Source: Paraspadella gotoi
Taxonomy: Eukaryota > Animalia > Chaetognatha
Direction of reading: 5' to 3'
Assembly: GCA_051294375.1 (NCBI GenBank)
Contig: CM119265.1
Coordinates: 22,902,099-22,966,098 of the forward strand
DNA: 64,000 nt
Part shown: positions 48,185-59,918 of the stretch, one piece after another
Position numbering within the stretch: position 1 is the stretch's first letter
Layout of the letters: every line of letters begins with the position of its first letter
Translations under genes and position numbers: made by a program
Notes under the pieces: model-generated
Databases searched by the model: none
What the model was told of the DNA's origin: nothing
The model's input: the letters and a program-made list of their open reading frames with translations, nothing else

Positions 48185-51100
48185 TCTCCCATTCTCTTTA
48201 CAGTCATGTCTCAGCCCATGAGACTTGATCTCTTATTCCTTTGCCGAGAAGGGGGTGGAGGAGGAGGAGAGAGAAGAGGAGGCGGAAAAGGAGTAGGATG
48301 TAGGAGAGAAGAGAGGGAAGAAGGGGAGGAAATTATGAGCAGACGAAACGACTCGAACCCAAAACACGAGTGTGCCGCCCACCCCTTTTTTTTCCAGTGA
48401 AACTCTTTCACTTAAAAAAAAAAGCGGCTGCTATATTTTCACAGCTCGGATTTTTTTTTCTTAACTTTTTCCCTAAACTTCCCTCGAGATTTTAAAATGT
48501 TTTTCGGAGTCTCGTGGAAAGAGCAAACATTATCGTCTTCCTACTCCTCCTCCTCCTCCTCCTCCTCTTGCTCTTCCTCACGACGATAACAACGTTGCTC
48601 ACAAAACAGTGAGACGCAATCAACTGTAGAAAACCCGCCGGTTGTTTTGTTTTCTTCTGATGTCGAAAATGCGAATTCGAGAACCGACGATTCTCAACGT
48701 GTAACGGAAAAAAAAAAACAAAACAAAAACATAAAGTAAACAAACGAATGAAACGAAATCGATGAAGGAAAAACGACTAATGAAAGCCGCGAGGTGAATA
48801 TGCACAATTGCACAAAACAGGAACAAAAAAAACATAAACTAATGAAATTAGTTAAACGATGACCGACCGAAGACAGCTTTGCGATAAATGAAACGAAACC
48901 TAAACAAACTCATGAAAGGAAACCGATGAACGAATGAACGAATGAACGAAACAGAGGAACGACGCAGACGAACGATCGAGGTGAACAAACTGAGGACGAT
49001 GACGAAGTTGCGTTTTCGACGTCGACGGAAGAGCGTCTACTGCGCCGTCGTCGCCGTCGCCGTCGTCGTCGTCGTCGCCGTCTTATCCCGCGGTTGGGGA
49101 GAGACCAAGTGGAGCCCTACCAATGACGTCTTCAGGAAAGGTGCGGAAGTGGACGAGAGTCGGGATCGCGTCGATGATCGAGATGATGGAGATTGGAGAA
49201 GAGCTCGTCAAAGAGATTAAAAAGAGATTAAAACTTATAGAAAGTAAAAATTTCAGTTTTTGCTTTCTGTTCCATTTCTCTACAGTCATGTCTCAGCCCA
49301 TGAGACTTGATCTCTTATTCCTTTGCCGAGAAGGGGGTGGAGGAGGAGGAGAAGGAAAGGAGGCGGAAAAGGAGGAGGAATTCGGAGAGGAAGAGAGGGA
49401 AGAAGGGGAGGAAATTATGAGCAGACGAAACGACTCGAACCCAAAACACGAGTGGCCGCCCACCCCTTTTTTTTCCAGTGAAACTCTTTCACTTAAAAAA
49501 AAAAGCTGCTGCTATATTTTCACAGCTCGGATTTTTTTTTCTTAACTTTTTCCCTAAACTTCCCTCGAGATTTTAAAATGTTTTTCGGAGTCTCGTGGAA
49601 AGAGCAAACTATTATTCTACCTCCTCCTCCTCCTCCTCCTCTCCTCCTCTTGCTCTTCCTCACGACGATAACAACGTTGCTCACAAATCAGTGAGACGCA
49701 ATCAACTGTAGAAAACCCGCCGTTGTTTTGTTTTCTTCTGATGTCGAAAATGCGAATTCGACAACCGATTCTCAACGTGTACGGAAAAAAAAACAAAAAC
49801 AAAAAACATAAAGTAAACAAACGAATGAAACGAAATCGATGAAGGAAAAACGACTAATGAAAGCCGCGAGTGGAATATGCACAATTGCACAAAACAGGAA
49901 AAAAAAAAAACATAAACTAATGAAATTAGTTAATACGATGACCGACTCGAAGACAGCTTTGCGATAAATTGAAACGGAAACCTAAACAAACTCAGAAAGA
50001 AACCGATGAACGAATGAACGAATGAACGAAACAGAGGAACGACGCAGACGAACGATCGAGGTGAACAAACTGAGGACGATGACGAAGTTGCGTTTTCGAC
50101 GTCGACGGAAGAGCGTCTACTGCGCCGTCGTCGCCGTCGCCGTCGTCGTCGTCGTCGCCGTCTTATCCCGCGGTTGGGGAGAGACCAAGTGAGCCTACCA
50201 ATGACGTCTTCAGGAAAGGTCGAAGTGACGAGAGTCGGGATCGCGTCGATGATCGAGATGATGGAGATTGGAGAAGAGCTCGTCAAAGAGATTAAAAAGA
50301 GATTAAAACTTATAGAAAGTAAAAATTTCAGTTTTTGAAAAAAAAAAATGGAAAATAACATTGATCTGGCATTCTGTTATCTCACTAAACCTTGAAATAT
50401 ATTAATGAAATTTTTTTTTCATTCTCCAAGACATTATACTAAACTAATGAATATAAAAGAAATTACAATATTTGTTACAAATTTTTTTTCACAATGGGTT
50501 TAAATTTGAATTATCAATAAGAGGGTAAAAATTCTGCAAAAAAAGCTGCTGGAAATCAAGCGCACCAGTTGTTATGATGTAAAGTATTTCTCAATTTGTT
50601 ATATAGGAACATAAACGTCAGGGAATTTTTTAACTAATGAAATGATCAAATATCAATCATATTGAGTCAGTTAAGAGTAATAACAAATATTTCACTCTGA
50701 TTTGAAATCCGAGTAATGAATATGTAATATTGATAATTGACATCAGTTTATGAGAATCACGCGTATTTTTATTTTTTTTAATGTTTTTAAACCTTAATTC
50801 GTTTTCTTATTATTCCATGGATGGTATGTGTTATGAGGACAAAAAACTTTTTTGAAAGTACTAAAATGAAATTGAAAAAAACCAAATTTATCATTACTCT
50901 CGACNNNNNNNNNNNNNNNNNNNNNNNNNGAGAAAAAAAAATGGAAAATAACTGATTGGATTCCTGTTATCTACTAAACCTTGAAATATATTAATGAAAT
51001 TTTTTTTTCATGCTTCCAAGACATTATACTAACTAATGAAATAAAAGAAATTACAATATTTGTTACAAATTTTTTTTCACAATGGGTTTAAATTTGAATT

Positions 51101-51340
51101 ATCAAATAAGGAGGTAAAAATTCTGCAAAAAAAGCTGCTGGAAATCAAGCGCACCAGTTGTTATGATGTAAAGTATTCTCAATTTGTTATATAGGAACAT
51201 AAACGTCAGGGAATTTTTTAACTAATGAAATGATCAAATATCAATCATATTGAGTCAGTTAAGAGTAATAACAAATATTTCACTCTGATTTGAAATCCGA
51301 GTAATGAATATGTAATATTGATAATTGACATCAGTTTATG
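48185..51340. other. Direct redundant copies (48185-49262 vs 49270-50337; 50335-50755 vs 50930-51340)
   Basis: Near-identical blocks differ by indels; a 25-N gap lies at 50905-50929. Confidence 0.85.
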
Positions 51341-51614
51341 CAGAAATCCGGCTCATTTTTTTTTTTTTCATTTTTCCTTTAATTTGAGGTTATAACTTTT
51401 ATTGTCTTCTTCTCGTTTAACTAACCATGAGGCTTTCTTCCCAACTTACCTTCTTACTTACCCATATATGTCTTTTGTCTTCTTGCGCAGATCTCAACGC
51501 TTATCCATTCCAATTCAAGATGAATCCGAGAAAAGTTTGCGAAACAAGAGGGTAAATAATTAAATGTCTCAAAAAAAATAATAATATAACATATTTAACT
51601 TTAGAAAATTTGTT

Positions 51615-51658
<44 letters not shown>

Positions 51659-54600
51659 CAGACCGGAAGTCCTTTTTGTCGTCCCGTCTCGACCCGACTC
51701 CTTCAAAGCCAGAGACGCCGTCCGCCGCACGTGGGGCAACAAGGCCTCGCTCAGGGGTAAGGGATCGTCGGAGAGAGGAAAGAGTGAAGTAGGGGGTCAA
51801 GGGGTAGTGGGCAGGGGTGGTCGGGAGTGGGCAGTGTGAACTTGTAGAAGGTGGTTGCCAAGGGCAACAAAATGTAGATTCCTCTTCACGATTCCGTCTC
51901 CATCAATTGCGGAAGATTAACGAAACTGACCGTAAATCTAAACGCTCAATTCTATCATTTGTTTGTCAGACAATATTTTTATAAATAAAATAATATATCA
52001 ATTTATTTATATATTTATTTAATGACGGAACAGCGCGAAATTTCACTCTGGCTTTCATCATCGGAGAATCGAAAGTAAATTCGTTAAGAGACGAAATAGA
52101 AGCGGAGAGCAAAAGATTCGAGGATCTTATTCAGGTTTGGAAAAAAAAAATACGAAGATGTCATTCAGGATAACATTCATGTTAAAAAAAGATGATTTGA
52201 CTGAATCTGCGGACGAAGTTGGTAGCAATCACCATGCGCGCAATTCACAATAACTAAAAAAAAATATTAATGGATTAAATCTTATCTTAGGCCGATTTTC
52301 TAGACACCTACTTGAATCTCACTTTAAAATCCGTTGTTATGCTTCGATGGGCGGCCAGTTATTGTCAAAACGCACAACAACTTTTTAAGGTAATCCTTAT
52401 TTCTGCCAAAAAACTTTGACTGCAATACTATTTAAACGTGAAATTGACGTACTTATAAAATGAATAATTATCTCAGTAGAGGTTTCTTATTTGCTGGACT
52501 GGTGTCCGGTTGGTTACAAACAATTCTATCAATGTAGAAATAAAAATAAATTTACTAAAATATGAAAAATTGCAAGATTAATTGTTTTACAATATTAGAC
52601 TTTAAAATTTTATATTAAAATTTAAAAATAAATGTAAACACTTTCTCTACATATTAGATTTAATTATATTCTTTATATAAAGTATAATCTTTTATAATGT
52701 AATAGGGAGAAGGATGTTAGTGTTGTCTTCTGTAAATATAGGGAGCATCTATCAACACAAAGGTAAAAGTTACTTTCTGACTTAGTTATTGACAATTTCA
52801 AAATATCTAAAAGTCAGAACAGAAAGGGGTGGAGAGGATAATTTGTTATGGGGATTAAGGTTATTTATGATTCGTTATTGTTGAGGGTTAAGACTACAAA
52901 GTAGAATTGTATGTTCTAATAGGGATGAGAATAAAAACAAAAAACAAAAAAACAAAACACAAAAAACAAAAAATTAATCGTAACCTAAGGTCGACGAAGA
53001 CGTCTACGTTTACATGGACAAGTTCGCGTCGCTCGTGGACCCGCGACGGCGTCAGCGTCACTCGGTGACGGGCCACGTGGTCCTCGAAGCGCCCGTCATT
53101 CGCGACCCAGAGAAAAAGTTCTTCGTCTCCAAAGACGATTACGCGGCGGAAGTTTATCCGACTTACGCACTGGGCGCCGCTTACGGAATTTCCGGTAGGC
53201 GACCCCGTCATTGCCGGTCATTGCCGGTCATTGCCGGTCATTGCCGGTCATTGCCGGTCATTGCCGGTCATTGCCGGTCATTGCCGGTCATTGCCCGTCA
53301 TTCCGGTAGGCGACCCCGTCATTGCCAATGACATTGGCTGGTCGAATTATATTTGTAATCGACTCAAGATTTAAACGACGATGATTGATATGAAAACAAA
53401 AAAATTGACTGGAGGTAATTTTTTTTGGGGGGGTAATTTTTCTTGTACCGTGTGGACGCAACAAGTTTCAGAGTAAGAATGATTTATTCTTCAACAACGT
53501 TATAAACAATAACAGTCGAACAACCATTAATAATTTTTCGTCTACCATCGCGATGAAACTTTCGACATTTCAATCGAGTTTAAAATATCTCGTTTCAATG
53601 AGCGGAACTCGGGTCCGGAATTTCAGTGTTAGTTACTCAAATACACTCACTCTTGCGTCCAATCGTCTCTACGTTAGAATCTGAGTGATCGAATAACCTC
53701 ACTGTTGTTTTGTCTTTGCTCCATCCATTTCAGACTCGGTTCCTTTTCTGTGTTCAACTGTCCGAAACGTCTAGTTATTTTCGTTATGCCTGCATATTTT
53801 TTTCCCCTTATTTTTCTTAATTCTTTTTATTAGTTTGCATGACGATTTTATTAATTTTTAATAACAACTGTTTCCGTAATGTTTGTTTACGTATGTATGT
53901 AAATTACTTATGTCTTCTACAATCAGCTCAGACTGACAATTCGATCAAATGTCCGGACAAATCCAGAGCCTCGCATGGGGCGTTCTCTTTAACTTCTTCT
54001 ACATGACCTTGTGCGCCATCTGCACGAATATCTTTCGCGCCACCGCGCCGCTCTCTACTCCCGTCGCCTTCGTCTTTCTCTTCCTCGGCGAGGCTTCGTC
54101 CACGATTCCTCTCATCCCCGTCGCGTGGCGCAACTGGACGGTGAGTTCGCCGCGTCGTTTCGCCATCTACGGCATTTGCGGCTTCTTGCTCACCGCCAAC
54201 TTTCTCGTTTGGCGCGAGGCGTCGACGCTCATACCTCTCGGCCCCTACGCCGCCATCGTTTGTTCCGGAATTCTCTTTTCCCCGGCGCTGGCGGCGGCGC
54301 TTCGTCGGCGCTGCGTCAGACTCGTCGAAGTCGCGGGTATCCTCGCGGCGCTGGTCGGGCTGCTGCTGGTGACGCATCCGGCTTTCCTCTTCGAAAAGCC
54401 CGTCGACGTGCCCGTCCGCGCCTATTGCTTTGCCGCCTTTAACGCCCTCGTTCTTTTAATCTGTCCCTTTTTCTTCGGCGCCACCGCCGACGAACACTGG
54501 TCCAACTTCCTCGTCCTACGTCTCATCTGCAGCTTTTTATTCGCGGGCGTTTGTTTCGGAGTCGGCGGTGGATTCGGCGCGCTCGCAGCGGCGCCGCCGA

Positions 54601-55610
54601 TGCCCTCGATCGGCGTCGGACTCGTCGGCTTCATCTCCACGATCTATCGACTCTCGCAACAAATCGGCTGCTACGAATTGGAGTCTTGCGATTTGGGCCT
54701 CGCCGGGTTGCTAGGCAACGTCGTTACGGCCGGCGTGATCCCGACGACGGCGCTTTTGTCGGCCGTTTTTTTCGGCGAGACTTTGTCGGCCATGGAAGGC
54801 GTCGGCGTCGGCGTCGTGTTTAGCGCCATCGTCGTCTTCGCGGTAGCAAAAGGATGCTCGGCCCGAGATGAAAATGAGAAAAAAAGCGATGAAGAACGAT
54901 TGTGAACTAATGAACTCGGTTAATTTAATTGAGTTTTATGGCTGCTGATTATTGATTAATAGGGTCGCTTGTCTTATGTAGCTCATCCATAATTTTATTT
55001 TAACAATTCGGTGCCATTTTAACGGTCCCTTTGTCAATTATTAACTAAATTATCTAGTCACATATCCAGTCAAATATCCAATTTTTTTTAGAATCATCAA
55101 TGAGACCAAACAATTTGAACAAAATATTATGCTCCAAGATTTTAATTAAAAAATAAATTCAATATGAAATCTGTCACTGTCATAGAATGTTAAAGATCAT
55201 GGGACGAATACCTCGATGATGACAATGAGACCGTTGACGATGACAATGACACCGTCGACGTACTGACAGTTATCACAACTCTTTGTCATCGTAGTTTTCG
55301 TTTATTTTATCACTTGACAGGCGACCTCGTTCCAAAACTCTACGAAACCTCGCAAAAGACTCAGCTCTTCAAATTCGAAGACGTTTACGTGACGGGATTT
55401 CTCGCGGCTCAAACCAAAGCGCATTTCGTCAACTCGGACGATCTAAACTTTAAAACTTTCGCCAAATGTCGTCACGAGACTAAAATCATCGACCACGGGT
55501 TCTCGCCGAAACAAATGATCAACTTTCACTCGAAAATTCTGGACCCGGGCGTCGACATGAGCTGCGGATTTTGGGTCAAAATTCGCTGGTTTTTCTACCA
55601 ATCTCTTTGA
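50079..55610 (+). CDS. B3GALT: Beta-1,3-galactosyltransferase (GT31), type II membrane protein; exons ~50079-50318 (duplicate at 48999-49243), 51491-51551, 51662-51756, 52034-52134, 52291-52389, 52990-53194, 55321-55610
   Basis: Basic tail plus TM segment (RRRRKSVYCAVVAVAVVVVVAVL), then ARDAVRRTWG, EIEAESKRFEDLIQADFLDTYLNLTLKS, KVDEDVYV (DxD), YPTYALGAAYGISG and EDVYVTG. Exon 1 needs a consensus of its two copies to stay in frame. Confidence 0.92.
53190..53326 (+). repeat. 10-bp tandem repeat (cattgccggt)x~9 bracketed by a duplicated splice-donor segment
   Basis: ttccggtaggcgaccccgtcattgcc occurs at both 53190 and 53301. Confidence 0.95.
53949..54905 (+). CDS. EamA/DMT-superfamily multi-pass transporter (SLC35G-like), uninterrupted 318-aa ORF nested in the GT31 intron
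   Basis: About 10 hydrophobic segments with IPLGPYAAIV, ILFSPALAA, GILAALVGLLLVTHPAFLF and ALLSAVFFGETLSAMEGVGVGVVFSAI; GC-rich codon usage like the neighbouring genes. Confidence 0.85.
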   Translation: MSGQIQSLAWGVLFNFFYMTLCAICTNIFRATAPLSTPVAFVFLFLGEASSTIPLIPVAWRNWTVSSPRRFAIYGICGFLLTANFLVWREASTLIPLGPYAAIVCSGILFSPALAAALRRRCVRLVEVAGILAALVGLLLVTHPAFLFEKPVDVPVRAYCFAAFNALVLLICPFFFGATADEHWSNFLVLRLICSFLFAGVCFGVGGGFGALAAAPPMPSIGVGLVGFISTIYRLSQQIGCYELESCDLGLAGLLGNVVTAGVIPTTALLSAVFFGETLSAMEGVGVGVVFSAIVVFAVAKGCSARDENEKKSDEERL

Positions 55611-56285
55611 GCAAGGAAGGGCGCGGAAGGGGGGGGAGGGGAAGGCCGTACAACTGTTCTTGTTTTGCTTATTTTAGATTCTTCGTCTTCCAGTTGCTTA
55701 CTTATTTTATAAAAATACGGAATATATTCGAATGTAGTTGACGGTGATGAGGTGAAAAGTAAAAAGAGAAATTTTAAAAAGACAAAGGTAGCCACAAACA
55801 GGGTCGTCAGAGTATGAGATAGCGGGATCAAGAATGGAGCTCTTTCAAGAGTAAATAATTAAATTCTGTAATTCTGCAATAGCTAGGGACATCGATATCG
55901 TGCTGTCATGATGCAAGTCGTGTGGTTTTTAAAATGATAATTCTACGAAGATCTAGCGTTTATTATTATGGACAAGCACAGAAGAAAACGTCTTACTACA
56001 GTATGGAGTGAGATTGTACATATATTTTTGACACTGCATTCTGAATAGTTTGCCATGCGCCTTACCATATTTTTCTAACACTACAACGCCGACGGCGAAG
56101 ACGCAGAACTCGGAGGTGAGATTAGGGTGACGAGATATCGTTACTCTTACTAACTCTTATTTTAACCTCTAATTATTTTTTTCATATTATTGTTAGTATA
56201 TTTCTGATTCCTTTCACTACATGAGGCTAAAGCAAAACTCGTAAATTGGCCGGCCTTAGAAAGCGTATGTGCACTGTGCAGTGTG

Positions 56286-58113
56286 CACTAAGGCGGGACA
56301 GGTTACAAACTAACAGAAGTCCGGTATAAATATTGTGTTTATTAAAAATTTAAAAAAAAAAAATAAGATTTATTTTATAGTTTAACGCATGGATGCTATT
56401 TTATATTATCCAAATATTATATAATGTTAAAAATTTTTTTTAGTAAATTTAATTTTTTTTTATCGGATTCTGAAAGAGCTCGAAAAGTTAGATGACGGTT
56501 CACGATAGGGCAGAGAGGATGTGAAAGAAACAAAAAAAGTGTCATCTCTGAAACCTATAAATTCTTAAAGTATACCCATGAGACACTTAATGTGGTAGGT
56601 CAGTAAAATTCGATAAAGGCAGGTTTTTTTTTAAATGCTCATTAAAATTTTTTAAATTTTTAAAAAAATTTTTTTAAGTAGTTTAGTGAATATGCTTACA
56701 ATTTAAAAAATGTCTATATGTCTATCATTATCTACAAAAGCATAAGCTTTAATTTAAAACCACTCCCAACTTTATATTACTTTTTGCTATTGAAATATAA
56801 GTAAAAATTAAATATTTTTTTTTTAAAAAAGATTAATCAATTAGTACCATTGAAAGATTATTTCTTAAAAAAATAAAAAATACAAATATGTTCTTAAAAT
56901 ACAGTTCTACTTATTAGGCTTCAAAATAAGTTTTTTTTAAATTAATAATAATTTTAATATAAAAAAAATTTAAAAATGAAAAAAATATTTTGAAAAATAT
57001 TAATACATACTCTAATTAAGTATTAAAAGTTAAAGCATTATGTTTGTTAATATTTTTACACATTTGTCTATTAATAATATATAATCAAATATTGAGCGAG
57101 TTATTATTATAATATAATTTTATGAATAAAATTTTTTTTGATAAGTAATTAATTATATAATTACTTTTTAAAGCTGGATATGATTTTGAAATTAAAGTGC
57201 TCAACTAATATTTATCTGTTATTTTATTTGAGATTAAGTTTTAATTAAATATCACATATTTTTCTTAAAAAAATAAAAATTAATTATTTGTATTATTTAT
57301 TTTTTAGAAATAAATTTGTATCAATTTTTTTAGAAATTGTTTTTAGGGCTTAATAAGTAGAACTGCATTTTGAGAACCTATTTGTACTTTTATTTTTAAG
57401 AAATAATCCGTTTGAAGAAACTGATTGATTATTAATTTTTTTTTTTAATTATGATTTTTACTTATAATTCAATAACAAAAAATCGTAAAAAAGTTGGGCG
57501 AGGTCTCAAATTAAAGCTTATGCTTTGTAGATAATGATAGATGTATAGACAATTAAAATTGTAAGCATTTTCACTAAACTATTTAAGAAATTTTATAAAA
57601 AATTAATAGTATTTAAAAAAAAACCTGCCTTTATCAAATTTTACTAACCTACTCATTAAGTGTCTCATGGGTATACTTTAAGATTTTATAGGTTTCAGAG
57701 ATGGCACTTTTTTTGTTTCTTTCACATCCTCTCTGCCTACCGTGGGTTATTATTACAACTTTTTAAAATTTTAATGATTGTCTAAAAAAATTAACAAAAC
57801 TATCAAATTTATTGAATGATGATAATGATTTTAAAGGTTTTTTTAAAAATTTAAAACCATTTATCATTAAAATTTCAAAAATTTGTAATACTAACCTTTA
57901 TTTAACTTTTTAATATTTATCAGAATCCATTTAAAAAAAAAATTTAAGCATTTCTTATATATTATTAAATATTAAAATGCTTCCATGCGTGAGGAAAATG
58001 AATTAAATCAAAATCTAACATCATAAGTCAATTTGGTTGTAAAAGGACAAAATACTTTTATTGCAGACTATTTCATATTGTAAAAAAATGTTGAATTCTG
58101 GCCCGCCTTAGTG
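56286..58113. mobile_element. Non-autonomous CACTA/CMC-type DNA transposon, ~1.83 kb, long imperfect palindrome
   Basis: TIR CACTAAGGCGGG(A/C)CAG at both ends, TG duplicated on both flanks, internal arms ~56500-56930 vs ~57340-57745 reverse-complementary, no ORF. Confidence 0.8.
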
Positions 58114-58325
58114 TGCACGGAATATCTTTGAAACCTCTAACCGGTTCTCGTGTTCTTCAATGATCTGAGTTCGGGATTACGTAAATTAAATTAAATTCGA
58201 TAAATTAAATCTGGAATCGTTAAAAGTTATTCTGCCCTTCAACTTGTCTATTTTGAATGATTCGATCTTCAGTCACTTTCATTAAAATTTACTGAAGTCA
58301 GATTAAAGCACAATTAGATCTGATC

Positions 58326-59553
58326 ATGACCGGCAAAATCCAGAACTTTGCTTGGGGCATTCTCTTCAACATCTTTTTCGTGACGATGTGCGCCATCTGC
58401 ACAAATATCTTCCGCTCAACCGCGCCACTCTCCACGCCGATTGCTTTCATTTTCCTCTACTTTGGCGAGGCCTTGTCCACGGTTCCCCTAATTCCAATCG
58501 CCATCAAAAACTGGACAGTTACGACACCGCGTCGTTGGACTATCTTCATCTTATTCGGCTTCGTGCTCAATGCCAACTTTCTCATTTGGCGCGCGGCTTC
58601 GTCGCTCATGCCTCTAGGCCCCTACGCCGCTATCGCCGGCTCCGGAATTTTATTTTCCCCGGCGCTGGCGGCGACGCTGCACCGGCGCTGCGTTAGCGTT
58701 GTAGACATGTTCGGAATTGTGGCGGCGATGGTCGGGTTGCTGTTGGTGACGCACCCGGCGTTTCTCTTCGAGCGGCCCGTCGACGTGCCGGTCCGCGCTT
58801 ACTGCTTCGCCGTCTTCAATGCGATCGTATCTTCGATCTTTCCGTTCTTCTTTGGTGCCACCGCCGATGAACACTGGTTCGATATTAGGGCGGAGTGAAA
58901 ATTTAAATTCTTTATAAAAATTATTATTTTTAAATTTTAATTATTTAATTATTAATTAATAATTAAATTTTAAAATATTGTTCATATATAATTTAATAAT
59001 ATAATTTTATAAAAATAAATTAATAGTTAATTTGAAAATAAATTATTAATATAAAAATAGTTAAAAAAAATTTTATTGAATTTATATTCTATTTAATTTT
59101 TTTTAATATTTGATTTTTTATACATTTATATTATATTACTATTAAAATCACATCGCCCTATTGGTCAAACTTTCTCGTGCTCCGTCTCATCTGCGGCGCC
59201 GTCGTCGCCGGCGTCTGTTTCGGCGTCGCCGACGGATCCCTCGCAACGGCGCCGACATTAGCGTCGGTCGGCGTCGCCGTTGTAGGCGTGGCCTCCACGG
59301 TTTACCGACTCTCTCAACAAGTCGGCTGCTACGAACTCGAAGCTTTCGACGTCGGCCTCGCCGGCTTTCTGGGAAACGTCCTCATGGCCGGCGTCATCCC
59401 GATGACGGCGCTCCTGTCCGCCGCATTTTTTGGCGAGAGTTTGTTGTCATTGAAGTTGTCGGAATCGGCGTCGTGTTTAGCGCCATCGTCGTCGTCACGG
59501 CGGTCAAAGGGTACATCGCAAAACGACAGGATATAAATAATATTGTGAAATAA
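58326..59553 (+). pseudogene. Second EamA/DMT paralog, interrupted by a MITE and carrying a 1-nt frameshift near 59445
   Basis: Colinear with 53949-54905 (MTGKIQNFAWGILFN vs MSGQIQSLAWGVLFN). It breaks at ADEHW and resumes at SNFLVLRLIC after 59163. Confidence 0.7.
58886..59160. mobile_element. 275-bp AT-rich MITE with hAT-like TAGGG termini
   Basis: Left end TAGGGCGGAGTGA, right end TCACATCGCCCTA; absent from the paralog; TSD degenerate (ctggttc.. / ttggtca). Confidence 0.7.
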
Positions 59554-59918
59554 ATTTCGCCTTTTATCTCTTTTTCATCGTTTTTTTTATTTTAAATCAA
59601 TTACGATTAGAAAAGATAGTAGCCAGACCAAGAATAACTTTGTCTTTAAATGAGTAAAATTAAAGAAGCATTAGATTAGTAATAAAAAGAATCGCGATCA
59701 AACATAATTCACAACTATATTTTCTAATGGCATAGAGAAAGAAGCATAGATACCGTGATGTTTGAGGTTTTTAAAATTCTTTCTTCGTCAAACGCGATGG
59801 AAGTATATAATACTCATCGTCAAGTTTGTATGTTTTCAAAAGTTTTCAAAAGTGCATTTGGAAATAGGCTTTTCATGCGTATTGCGTAATTTTTTAAACG
59901 ACAACCAAGATATTTCGT

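Noticed and set aside
53927-53951. GT31-transporter fusion protein by alternative splicing
   Set aside because: One acceptor is out of frame, and the other hits TGA immediately.
53949-54905. Bacterial contamination or recent horizontal transfer of the intronless transporter
   Set aside because: It is embedded in a spliceosomal intron, has host-like codon style and a local paralog; older transfer cannot be judged without a phylogeny.
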